Source of the DNA: a bacterium
GTDB lineage: Bacteria > UBA8248
Direction of reading: 5' to 3'
NCBI GenBank assembly: GCA_965261085.1
Contig: OZ253442.1
Coordinates: 2,016,001-2,080,000 of the forward strand
Length of the DNA: 64,000 nt
Shown: positions 36,594 through 46,020 of the stretch, in pieces
Layout of the letters: the number at the start of each line of letters is the position of its first letter
How positions within the stretch are numbered: position 1 is the first letter of the stretch
Made by a program: the position numbers and the translations under genes
Notes under the pieces: model-generated
Databases searched by the model: none
The model's input: only the letters and a program-made list of their open reading frames with translations
What the model was told of the DNA's origin: nothing

Positions 36594-37722
36594 GGCTTCT
36601 GAGTGTCCTGTAGGGCCGCTTTGCGGGGCCGGTGTAGCGCGCGCGGGGCCGGATGAGGCGGTTGTCGGCCTGTTGCTCCAGAATGTTGGCCGTCCAGCCG
36701 GCCACCCTCGACATGGCGATGATGGGAACGAACAACTCCATGGGAATCCCCAGACCCTGCCAGAGGGGTGCGGAGTAGAAATCCACGTTCGGGATGACGC
36801 CCTTTCTGCTCTGCACCGCATGGTCGAGCGCCTTCGCCATATCGAACCACTTGGCGTCCCGACCGGGTTGGCGGCACACCTCCTCGGCCAGTTCGATGAG
36901 CACGCTGGCGCGCGGGTCTCCGCTCTTCGTATATACCCGGTGGCCGAAACCCATGAACAGCCTCTTCCTGGCGAGGGCCGCCTCGACGAAGGGCTCCACG
37001 TTCTCTATATCGCCGATCTCCCTCAAGGTCTCCATCACCGCGAGGCCTGCGCCCCCGTGCAGCGGACCCTTCAGCGCGCCGATGCCCGCCGTGACGGCGG
37101 AGTAGATGTCCGACATGGTGGAGGTGACGACGCGCGTCGCGAAAGTGGAGGCGTTAATTTCGTGTTCGGCATAGAGAACGAGGGTGGCGTCGAGCGCGCG
37201 GGTGTCGATCTTATCGGGCGCCTCACCCGTGATCATGTAGAGGAAATTCGCCGCGTGTCCGAGTCCCCTGCGGGGATTCAGAGGTCTTAAGCCCGCCGCG
37301 AGGCGGTGCTGGGCCGCGACGATGGTGGGAATCTTCGCGGTGAGCCTGAGCGCTTTTCTGCGGTTCGCCTCCGTCGAGGTATCCTCCGCTTCTGGGTCGA
37401 AAAGCCCGAGAATACCCACGCCGCCTCTCAGCGCAGCCGTCCTCTGCTCACCGGGGGGTATCTGCTTCAAGGCGCGGAGCATATCGGGCGAGAGGCTGCG
37501 TTCGGCCTTGAGCGCCTCGTCGAACCCCTTCAGGCGTTCGCGGGTGGGCAGTTCGCCGTGCCACAGGAGATATATGATTTCCTCGAACGTGACCTTCTTG
37601 CGCACCATTTCCGGCACGTCGTACCCGCAATACGCCAAAACGCCGTTTACGCCGTCGAGATCGCATATCCGCGTATCGGTCGCGATGACTCCCTCCAGGC
37701 CTCGGATGGGTGTATCTTCCAT
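36586..37722 (-). CDS. citrate/2-methylcitrate synthase
   Basis: GLEGV, HEINAST, GPLHGGA, GFGHRVY, DPR, PNVDFY. Confidence 0.93.
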   Translation of the reverse strand: MEDTPIRGLEGVIATDTRICDLDGVNGVLAYCGYDVPEMVRKKVTFEEIIYLLWHGELPTRERLKGFDEALKAERSLSPDMLRALKQIPPGEQRTAALRGGVGILGLFDPEAEDTSTEANRRKALRLTAKIPTIVAAQHRLAAGLRPLNPRRGLGHAANFLYMITGEAPDKIDTRALDATLVLYAEHEINASTFATRVVTSTMSDIYSAVTAGIGALKGPLHGGAGLAVMETLREIGDIENVEPFVEAALARKRLFMGFGHRVYTKSGDPRASVLIELAEEVCRQPGRDAKWFDMAKALDHAVQSRKGVIPNVDFYSAPLWQGLGIPMELFVPIIAMSRVAGWTANILEQQADNRLIRPRARYTGPAKRPYRTLRSRG

Positions 37723-37746
37723 GAAGACTCTCCTCTGTGGCGCGCC

Positions 37747-38703
37747 TCAGTCGTATAGTTCGGGATTCGCGAGCGAGGTGACTTTTTCGCCCTCCACCGC
37801 TCGCTTGATATTATCGCACAAAAGCCGGTAGCTCTCACGCTGCACGCTTTCGGTCTGGGCGGCGTTGTGCGGCGACATCACCACGTTGGGAAAATTGTAG
37901 AGGGGATGGTCTCCGGGAAGAGGGTCCGGTTCGATCACGTCGAGGCCCGCGCCTGCGATTTTTCCCTCTCGTATGGCGTCGGTGAGCGCGTCGGAATCCA
38001 CGTGGGGGCCGCGCGAGACGTTGATGAGAAACGCCGTATCCTTCATGAGCGCGAGTTCCCGTCCGCCGATCAGGCCCGTGCTCTCTGGCGTGAGGGGGAG
38101 GGTGAGCGCCACGAAATCGGCGCGCGGCAGGAGATCACCCAGCGTCTCCACTTCTTCCACCTCGAAGCCCACCGGCTTGAATTTCCCCCGCGTTCGCGTG
38201 TAGGCGCATATTTCCATCTCGAAGGCGGCGGCGCGCCTGGCGAGCGCCTGGCCGATATTCCCGAGACCCACGATACCCAGCGTCGCTCCTTGAAGCTGAA
38301 AGTGGAGCCTGCGCTCCCCCGTGGGCCAGAGCCAGGGCCTTCGCGCCATGATGAGGGTGAGCGTCATGGCGTGTTCCGCCACGGGGACGCAGCGCATCGA
38401 GCCGGGCGCGTTGGCGACGGGGATGCCGAGTTCGGTGGCGGCCTGAACGTCGATGTTGTCCACACCCGTGCCCACCTTGCCGACCACCTTGATATCCGGC
38501 CCCGCCTCCATGAGTTCCCTCGTGATGGGGGCGAACCCGGTGGTCAGCGCGCACGCGCTCGCGGCCTCCTCGCGCAGGGTGGCGTTGTCGAAGGATTCCG
38601 GCTCTACGAACTCATACCCCTCATGCAGGTATTCCTCCATGAAGGCCCGGCGCGCGGGTTGCGTAAGGGAGCGCTCATCCACGCTCAAGACGCGGTGCGT
38701 CAT
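37747..38703 (-). CDS. D-2-hydroxyacid dehydrogenase family protein
   Basis: GTGVDNID, VAEH, GLGNIG, INVSRG, GAGLDV, SPHNA. Confidence 0.9.
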   Translation of the reverse strand: MTHRVLSVDERSLTQPARRAFMEEYLHEGYEFVEPESFDNATLREEAASACALTTGFAPITRELMEAGPDIKVVGKVGTGVDNIDVQAATELGIPVANAPGSMRCVPVAEHAMTLTLIMARRPWLWPTGERRLHFQLQGATLGIVGLGNIGQALARRAAAFEMEICAYTRTRGKFKPVGFEVEEVETLGDLLPRADFVALTLPLTPESTGLIGGRELALMKDTAFLINVSRGPHVDSDALTDAIREGKIAGAGLDVIEPDPLPGDHPLYNFPNVVMSPHNAAQTESVQRESYRLLCDNIKRAVEGEKVTSLANPELYD

Positions 38704-38734
38704 TTTGATGTTTCTCCTCCGCTTTACTGGCGCA

Positions 38735-39367
38735 TCACCCAGAAAGACTGCCGAATTTCTCTTTCGCGCCCGCCATGCTCGAGACGCCGGGCCGCCATGC
38801 GGGGGGCGGGTCCGCATCGTCTCGCGGGTATCCGTCGCGCTCGAGCCTGTCGCGGTACCAGGCCTCGTCCACCCGGTTGGAGTGCGCGTCGATCCTGGCC
38901 ATGTCGCAGAAAATCTCGATGCCGTTTCCGCACGGGTCGTGAAAATAAAAGGCGCGGTTCTCGCCCAGGGTGCCGTCGCCCTCGGGGTGCGTGGGGCTGT
39001 GGACGAGCGGCCCCGCCACGAGCTTGATTCCCTTCGAGCGGACGTGCGCAGCCCAGGCTTCGAGTTCTTCTTTCGAGCCCACCTCGAAGGCGACGTGGTG
39101 CAGGCCGACCTCGGGCGCTCTCATGTCGCCTTCTCTGGGCGCGAGGCCCGCTTCTTTGGGGTATGCGATGAGGGATACCTCGTGGTGCCCCTCGCCGCAG
39201 CGCATGAAGCAAATTCCCCACGGGCTGTGAGGGTTGTCGCCCGGTTCGTAGCGATCCGAAACCTGGAGTCCCATGACGTCGCGGTAGAAAGCCACCGCTT
39301 CGTCCAGGTCATGGACCTTGAGGCCCACGTGCTGGATGCGTCTCAGCGCAGGAGGAGTTTTGCTCAT
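38735..39367 (-). CDS. VOC family protein (resembles an extradiol dioxygenase domain)
   Basis: IQHVGLKV, HHEVSL, GLHHVAFEV, YFHDPCGNGIE. Confidence 0.85.
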   Translation of the reverse strand: MSKTPPALRRIQHVGLKVHDLDEAVAFYRDVMGLQVSDRYEPGDNPHSPWGICFMRCGEGHHEVSLIAYPKEAGLAPREGDMRAPEVGLHHVAFEVGSKEELEAWAAHVRSKGIKLVAGPLVHSPTHPEGDGTLGENRAFYFHDPCGNGIEIFCDMARIDAHSNRVDEAWYRDRLERDGYPRDDADPPPAWRPGVSSMAGAKEKFGSLSG

Positions 39368-39395
39368 GATGCCTCCTTCTCGGAATGAACGGGAA

Positions 39396-41864
39396 TCAGG
39401 CGGGCTGCAACTCCTCGCCGCCGCGCGTTCTTTGCATGATGAACACCGCCACGAGGGCGATGACGCCGACGGCGTATGCGGGGTAGCGCAAGTCTCCTTC
39501 CAGCGGGGTGACGAAGATCACGAAATTCCCCACGGGCAGGAGGAGGCATACCGAACTGATGAACATCAACGCCCGCTCCACGCCGTTCGCATACCGCGTC
39601 ATGAAGTTCTCCATCCATCCGGCCCACCCGATGATGCCGATGAGGCACGCCACGAAGGTGATGGCCACCTCGGTCGCCGTGCCGCTCAAGAGAAGCGGGG
39701 TGTAGACGAACAGGAAAGGCATGATGAAGAGCCACGAGGCGAGTTTCAGGGCCTGGAAGCCCGTTTTCACCGGGTCCGAGACGGCGATGGCGCTCGCCGC
39801 GTATGCGGCCAGGGCGACCGGCGGGGTCACGGCGCTTACGACGGCCACCCAGAAGCAGATGAGGTGCGCGTGGAGGGTCGGCACGCCCAGGTTGGTGAGC
39901 GCGATGACGCCGAAGATGACCAGCACCACGTAGCTCGCCGTGATGGGCAGGCCCATGCCGACGATGTAGCCCGCGATGATAACCCATATGATGGTGAGCG
40001 GCAGGAGGCCGAAGCTGAACTCGGTCAACAATATGGAGATGCGGCCTGAGAGATCGCTTTGCGTCGCGCAGGAGAGCAGTATGCCGAGCACGCACGCGAT
40101 GCAGCCGATGACGAGTGTGTTCCTCGCGCCCGCTTCGAGAGAAATCCAGGTGATCTTGACGATTTGGACGGCGAGTTCACCGAGCCGCGTGAAGAGAATG
40201 GGGCCCGTCTCATACTCCGGGTCCACGGATTCGCCCTGCGTCGCGGCCTTGAGGATTTCGGCGAGCTTCAGAACGATGAACGCCGCGACGGTCCAGAACA
40301 GGGCGTCTCCCCAGTTCATGCCGCGCAGCGTGTCCGCGAACCAGGCGAACGGAGCGCCGACTGTAAGGCCGAAGAAATAGGAGAAGACGCCGAAGACGAT
40401 TGAAATCAGCAGGAACGGGCGGCCCGTTTTTTCCGCCGTCGGTGTCTTGATGTTCGAGAGCAGTTCGCAGATTTTCAGCATGAGGATGAGGCAGATGGTC
40501 TTGAATGCCGCCAGGAACGCGGAATCGCCGATGACGAGGTAGTACACCATCACGGGGATGGGCAGCAGGAAATGGAGGCGCGGGATGATCCTGCTCCAGG
40601 GGGGCAACTCCGAGGGGTCGACGCCGTGGAGCCCACGCCGCACGGCGCGGATGTAGACCATGTAGCCCACCGAGAGATAATAGAGAATGGCCGGGAGCGT
40701 CGCTATTTTGACGATGTCGAAATACGAAGTTTCGGTGAGTTGCGCGATGAGAAAGGCCCCGCCCGCCATGATGGGCGGCATGTAGGCCCCTCCCGTGGAG
40801 GCGGCCGCCTCGACCGCGCCCGCGAATTCGGAGCGATAGCCCACCCGCTTCATGAGCGGGATCGTGAAGGTTCCCGTCGTCACGACGTTGGCCACGCCGC
40901 TGCCCGAGATCATGCCGAACAACCCGCTCGACATGACGGCCGTGAGGCCGGGGCCGCCCGTCCTCTGGCCCGTCACCCGGTAGGTGGCGTCGATGAGGAA
41001 TTCCCCTAAACCCGTTTTTTCCAGAAACGCGCCCAGCACGACGAAGATGACGATGTAGGTGGCGAAAACCTCGACGATGAGGCCGGTAAGGCCGTCGGCT
41101 TCTAGCATGAGGAACTCGGCCACGCGGTCGAGCCCGAAGCCGTCGTGAAACAGAAGGCCCGGAGACATCTGCGCGATGGGCTTGAAGCTGTAGATCAGGA
41201 ACAAGAAGCCGATGAGCGGGATGACGGGGCCGATGACCCTCCTCGCGATGTCGAAGCTCACCGCCGTGAGCAGCAGCGTGTATATCACCACCGAGGTGGG
41301 CACGGGGCCGCCGATGCGCGTGGTGAGCTCGATGTTGTAGATGTTCCACCAGATGATGGGGGCGACGGCCGCTATGATGAACAGCCAGTCCGAAAGCGAG
41401 GGAAGCTCCGATATGCGCTCCCTGGTTGCTTCGCGCCAGTAGAGGAACGCGCCGAGGAGCCCGCCGAGCAAGATGACCAGATATATTCCGCCGCCCAGGA
41501 ATTCGCTCCACAGCCCGTCGCGGTAGAAAGCGCCCCAGTAGGCCCACAGGGCTAGGGATGCGCACAGGGTGACGAGCGCGAGGAAGGAGAAGATTTCATC
41601 GAGATAGGCGAACCCGTCGCGAACGGGCCTTTGCCTGCCTTTATAGACGAGGATGCACAAGGTGGCTGTCGCCAGAATGTAGACGCCCTTGAAGATTTCC
41701 GAACGCGGGGGACCGAAGTAGGCGATATGAACGAAGAAGTAGGAAAACCCCACGGAAATAATCGAAACGATGACGCGCGAAATACCCCGCAGGTCGCGCG
41801 GCATGACCATCTCGTCCGATATGAGGCCGAGCTTTATCAATATGGGCAAGAGGTTTCGAAACAT
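39396..41864 (-). CDS. TRAP transporter fused 4TM/12TM permease
   Basis: GMISGSGVANVVTTGTFTIPLMK, EAAASTGG, PPIM, GMGLP, VTPPVALAAYA. Confidence 0.93.
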   Translation of the reverse strand: MFRNLLPILIKLGLISDEMVMPRDLRGISRVIVSIISVGFSYFFVHIAYFGPPRSEIFKGVYILATATLCILVYKGRQRPVRDGFAYLDEIFSFLALVTLCASLALWAYWGAFYRDGLWSEFLGGGIYLVILLGGLLGAFLYWREATRERISELPSLSDWLFIIAAVAPIIWWNIYNIELTTRIGGPVPTSVVIYTLLLTAVSFDIARRVIGPVIPLIGFLFLIYSFKPIAQMSPGLLFHDGFGLDRVAEFLMLEADGLTGLIVEVFATYIVIFVVLGAFLEKTGLGEFLIDATYRVTGQRTGGPGLTAVMSSGLFGMISGSGVANVVTTGTFTIPLMKRVGYRSEFAGAVEAAASTGGAYMPPIMAGGAFLIAQLTETSYFDIVKIATLPAILYYLSVGYMVYIRAVRRGLHGVDPSELPPWSRIIPRLHFLLPIPVMVYYLVIGDSAFLAAFKTICLILMLKICELLSNIKTPTAEKTGRPFLLISIVFGVFSYFFGLTVGAPFAWFADTLRGMNWGDALFWTVAAFIVLKLAEILKAATQGESVDPEYETGPILFTRLGELAVQIVKITWISLEAGARNTLVIGCIACVLGILLSCATQSDLSGRISILLTEFSFGLLPLTIIWVIIAGYIVGMGLPITASYVVLVIFGVIALTNLGVPTLHAHLICFWVAVVSAVTPPVALAAYAASAIAVSDPVKTGFQALKLASWLFIMPFLFVYTPLLLSGTATEVAITFVACLIGIIGWAGWMENFMTRYANGVERALMFISSVCLLLPVGNFVIFVTPLEGDLRYPAYAVGVIALVAVFIMQRTRGGEELQPA

Positions 41865-42009
41865 GGCGACCTTACCTCGGCCCGGGCGATCGGGCCGTCA
41901 ATGGCGAGAAAACCGCGAGGCGAAAGAATCCCGGGGAGAAGGAGATTTTCTCGGTTTCTCCTCCTCCCCGGGCGCTATTTCTCGCCGTGTTTTCCTGGCG
42001 TTGCGAGAA

Positions 42010-43002
42010 TCAGAAGCCTTTCACGACCTCGGCGGGCACCTTCACGCCGCGTTCTTTCCAGTAACGCGCGGCTGCGGGGTGCACCAAGATACCGTGAACT
42101 TTCAGCGCGTTGAAGTTGCCGCTCAGGTCACGCCAGTAGCGCGCCGTCTTGGTCAACTGCTTGAGGTTCTCGGGAGAGGCGATGACCTTGAGCATGTTGT
42201 ATACGGCGTCGTTGGACATCTGCTTGTGCGCGATCCACCAGACGTCATAGGCGATGGAGCGCGCGGGAGCCTTCATTCCCAAGACTTCTTTTTGCGGGGG
42301 AATGGTGATCGGCACGTAGAACTTGTGAGCGCCGGTCACCTTCTTCTGCTCGGCCTCGCTCAAGCTGATGTAGCGCACCGGCTTCTGGATGGAGAGCCGG
42401 GTGAGGGCCGGGATGGTGAAGGGGGCTCCGGCGGAGCAGTACACGTCGACCTGGCGGTCGCCCAGGGCGCGGCCCGAGGCGGAGAAGCCCAGGTAGCGCG
42501 GCTTGATCTTGTCGAGGATGCCGATGGCGGCGAATATGTTCTTGCAGTTCACGTGGCTGCCCGTTCCCTGCTTGAGCAGGTTCACCCTCTTGCCCACCAT
42601 GTCCATGTAGGACTTGATGGGGCTGTCCGCCAGCACGGCGATGATCTGCGACTGGGCGCGGACGTTGGCGACGATGCGGAAGTTCTTGTTGGCGCCGTCT
42701 TTCTTGAACAGGCCGGTGCCCGTCCAGGACTGATAGACCTGGCCCACGTGTCCCCACGAGGTGGCGAATTCGCCCAGGCTCACGCGGCGGACGTTCGCCA
42801 CCGAACCGGCCGAGGGGGAATACTGGTAGTAGAATTTCTTGCCGAGTTTTCTGTTGAGAAGCTGGGTTCCCGCGCTGATGGAGGGATGCCACGCGCCGCC
42901 GGAGGGGCCTCCGCCGAAACGGTAGCGCTCGGCGGCGTCCGCTGCGCAGATCGTGAACGCCACGGCTGCCGCCACTGTTGCAAAGAATGCGAATTTCTTC
43001 AT
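42010..43002 (-). CDS. TAXI family TRAP solute-binding subunit
   Basis: Signal peptide; GGPSGGAW, SAGSVANV, GKRVN...GTGS, VHPAAARYWKE. Confidence 0.92.
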   Translation of the reverse strand: MKKFAFFATVAAAVAFTICAADAAERYRFGGGPSGGAWHPSISAGTQLLNRKLGKKFYYQYSPSAGSVANVRRVSLGEFATSWGHVGQVYQSWTGTGLFKKDGANKNFRIVANVRAQSQIIAVLADSPIKSYMDMVGKRVNLLKQGTGSHVNCKNIFAAIGILDKIKPRYLGFSASGRALGDRQVDVYCSAGAPFTIPALTRLSIQKPVRYISLSEAEQKKVTGAHKFYVPITIPPQKEVLGMKAPARSIAYDVWWIAHKQMSNDAVYNMLKVIASPENLKQLTKTARYWRDLSGNFNALKVHGILVHPAAARYWKERGVKVPAEVVKGF

Positions 43003-43359
43003 TACGGGCTCCTTTTTATGGTGAAATCGTGCACGATTTATGGTGATGACGCCTCATCACCGGATGAACGCTTCAAGCCCTGGAGAGTTCCCCGTGAGCC
43101 CAAGGCCACTCTATCTTCAAACAATCTCCTCCCCATCATTCGCACGGCGGGGCGCGCGTCTTTGTTTACGCTGATGAGAATGACTCATTATCTCCGCTGA
43201 AAAATCTGTGTCAAGGCCTTTGGCGTCGCGCGCAGGAGGCCCCGGAAGCGAGAGCATTTTCTCTTCATGTGTGATAAGGAATAGGAAATCAGACGGAATC
43301 CATTGCTCCACTATTTAGAGAAATTCAAACTCCATGATGTCTCAATCTAATGGGAGAAG

Positions 43360-44343
43360 ATGATGAAGATCATACACGTGCATGAATTCGGCGACCCCGA
43401 GGTGATGGTTCTGGAGGAGGCGGCGGACCCGGCGCCCGCAGCGGGGCAAATCCTGGTCGACGTGAAGGCGGCGGGCGTGAACCCCGTGGACACCACCTTT
43501 CGCTCGGGCGCGCATCCGCTCTCCAAAAGCCTGGCGCTGCCCTGGACGCCCGGCATCGACGCTGCGGGCGATGTGATAGCCGTCGGAGACGGCGTAAGCG
43601 CCTTCTCCCCCGGCGACAGGGTCTTCGGCGCAGCCACAAGCGGCGCTTACGCCGAAAAGGCGCTCTTGAATCCATTCCGCACGGCGAAACTCCCCGACAA
43701 CCTCTCGTATGAAGAAGGCGCGTCCTTGCCGGTGGTCTTGTACACGGCCTATTACGCGCTGATTTACAAGGCGGGCATCAAGGCGGGCGAGACGGTGCTC
43801 ATCCACGCGGGCGCGGGCGGCGTGGGCTGCATGGGGATTCAGATCGCGAAAGCCGCCGGTGCGCGCGTCATCACCACGGTGAGTTCCGAGGAAAAGGCCG
43901 CGTTTTGCCGCGAGTTCGACGCCGACGTGGTGATCAACTACCGCGAGGAGGATTTCGCCGAGCGCTGCCTCGCCGAGACCGACGGGCGCGGGGTGGATTC
44001 GGTGGTCGAGATGGTGGTGGTGGAGAATTTCGACGCCGACTGCCGGGCGGTGAAGAAATACGGCTGCATCGTCGTCCTGGGGGCCGGCACGGGCAAAAAC
44101 CCCGTTGGTTCGGTGAACTATCCGCCGTTTTACTCCAAAGACATCGACGTGCGGGGGATGAGCCTGTTCAACTCCGACCCCGTTTTCCCGGAAATGGTGC
44201 GTCAGTTGGATCTGATGCTGGCCGATGGCAGGGTGCGCGCCTCGGTGGGAGAGACGATGCCGCTCGCAGAGGCGGCGCGCTCCCACGACGTGCTCATGAC
44301 GGGAAAGGTTTTCGGGAAAATCGTTTTGACGATGGGCGGCTAG
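43360..44343 (+). CDS. NADPH:quinone reductase / MDR family oxidoreductase
   Basis: AAGVNPVD, PGIDAAG, HAGAGGVG, GKIVL. Confidence 0.9.
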   Translation: MMKIIHVHEFGDPEVMVLEEAADPAPAAGQILVDVKAAGVNPVDTTFRSGAHPLSKSLALPWTPGIDAAGDVIAVGDGVSAFSPGDRVFGAATSGAYAEKALLNPFRTAKLPDNLSYEEGASLPVVLYTAYYALIYKAGIKAGETVLIHAGAGGVGCMGIQIAKAAGARVITTVSSEEKAAFCREFDADVVINYREEDFAERCLAETDGRGVDSVVEMVVVENFDADCRAVKKYGCIVVLGAGTGKNPVGSVNYPPFYSKDIDVRGMSLFNSDPVFPEMVRQLDLMLADGRVRASVGETMPLAEAARSHDVLMTGKVFGKIVLTMGG

Positions 44344-44373
44344 CCGCCGCATCGGAGCATCTGGTGAACCCAC

Positions 44374-44676
44374 ATGAATGACGATGCGATTCAGCCGGGA
44401 ATTGCGGGGACGTATTCCGTCGTCGTGGCGGATGAGCACGCGCCCCAGCACCTAAGGGGTACGAACGCCGAGGTGGTGGCGACGCCCAAGGGGATGCGGA
44501 TTGAGGCGCGGGCGCGGCATATCGAGCGTGAGGGAAGGCGCTGCGTGTTCCAAGTGGAGATTCACGACGAGGTGGAAGTCGTCGCCAGGGGAGAGAACGA
44601 GCGCTTTATCGTTCCCCGTGAGCGCACGAATAAAAAACTCATGCGGAAGATTGAAGAAGTTAATAAACGACAGTAA
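44374..44676 (+). pseudogene. FlK-like (fluoroacetyl-CoA) thioesterase with an in-frame internal deletion
   Basis: The N-terminus ...EVVATP runs directly into the C-terminal ATPKGMRIEARA...GENERFIV; the central helix and His-bearing strand are absent; 100 aa versus ~135 typical. Confidence 0.6.
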
Positions 44677-44717
44677 TTCAAATCGATACGGATATCTCAC
44701 AAGATTCAAGGAAAGAC

Positions 44718-45890
44718 ATGGATGGTTTGGAAGGAATTCGGGTGCTGGACCTCACGCATTACGTGGCGGGTCCGTTCTGCACATTGATGATGGGCGACGC
44801 GGGCGCGGACGTGGTGAAGCTCGAACCGCCGGAGGGCGATCGCGTCCGGAATTTTCCGTCCTCCTTCGCCGGGGAGAGCAGGCTCTTTCTGGGACTCAAC
44901 CGCAGCAAGCGGAGTCTCGCACTCAACCTGCGCACGGAGCAGGGCAGGGAGATCGCCAAAAAACTCGCCTCACAAGTGGACGTGTTCGTGGAGGGTTATC
45001 GCCCCGGCGCCATCGAGAAATTCGGACTCGGCGCGGACGCCCTGATGCGCGAAAACCCCCGGCTCATCTATCTCTCGGTCTCCGCCTACGGGCAGGGTGG
45101 CCCTCTGCGCGAACGCCGGGGCATCGACCCCATCATCCAGACGACGGCGGGCATTCCCGCCGAGCAGGGAGCGGGCGGCGCGCCTGAACTCGTGCAGGGT
45201 TCTTTTGTGGATTACATGACGGGCGCGCTCGCACTCGGCGCGGTGATGATGGCGCTTTACGTGCGCGAGCGCACCGGCGAGGGCCAGCGCATCGACGCAT
45301 CGCTCCTGGGCGGGGCCACGGCCATGCAGTTCGGCCGCCTCATGTGGGCGAGCGATTCAGAACCCGTCTCTGAGGTGGAAGACGCCCTGAACGACAGGAT
45401 CGCCCGCGTCTATGAAGTTTCCGATGGACACATCTATCTCTACATGGACGTGGATGGTTTCTGGGAGAAATCCTGCGAGATTTTAGGCCTTCCCGAATTG
45501 CTTAAAGTCGATGCCTGGCGAACCTTCCGGGGAAGGCACGATGCGCGCGAAGTCATCATCCCCCGCGTTCAGGAGGTCTTGCGCACCGCGCCGGGCGAGG
45601 AGTGGGTGCGCAAGTTCGAGGGCGAGGGCGTGCCCTGCGCGCGCGTTAGGAAGCCCACGGATCTATATGAGGATCCCCAGATGAAGGCGATGGGCTATCT
45701 GGCGCAGGCCGAGCATCCCGAATACGGCGTTTTACAAATCGGAGGCGTGCCCGTGAAGTTCGATAAAACCCCATCCTCCGTGCGGAGGCCGCCGCCCATG
45801 CTGGGACAGCATACCGATGAGGTGCTGGCGGAGCTGGGTTTCTCCGAAGAAGAGATAGCCGCTCTCAGAACGGAGGACGTCGTCCGCTAG
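44718..45890 (+). CDS. family III CoA-transferase (CaiB/BaiF)
   Basis: GIRVLDLT, AGPFC, GADVVKLE, NRSKRS, catalytic Asp in FVDYMTG, PPMLGQHT. Confidence 0.93.
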   Translation: MDGLEGIRVLDLTHYVAGPFCTLMMGDAGADVVKLEPPEGDRVRNFPSSFAGESRLFLGLNRSKRSLALNLRTEQGREIAKKLASQVDVFVEGYRPGAIEKFGLGADALMRENPRLIYLSVSAYGQGGPLRERRGIDPIIQTTAGIPAEQGAGGAPELVQGSFVDYMTGALALGAVMMALYVRERTGEGQRIDASLLGGATAMQFGRLMWASDSEPVSEVEDALNDRIARVYEVSDGHIYLYMDVDGFWEKSCEILGLPELLKVDAWRTFRGRHDAREVIIPRVQEVLRTAPGEEWVRKFEGEGVPCARVRKPTDLYEDPQMKAMGYLAQAEHPEYGVLQIGGVPVKFDKTPSSVRRPPPMLGQHTDEVLAELGFSEEEIAALRTEDVVR

Positions 45891-46020
45891 CATATTTTAT
45901 ATTTTCAGTCGGGCGTATTGACCGAAAGACGCACCGCGCTTAGCATCCCGCCGGAATCCAAGACATATAAAATTTTCGGCGAAACTTTTTTTGCCATTTT
46001 AATCAAACGTGGAGAGGAAA

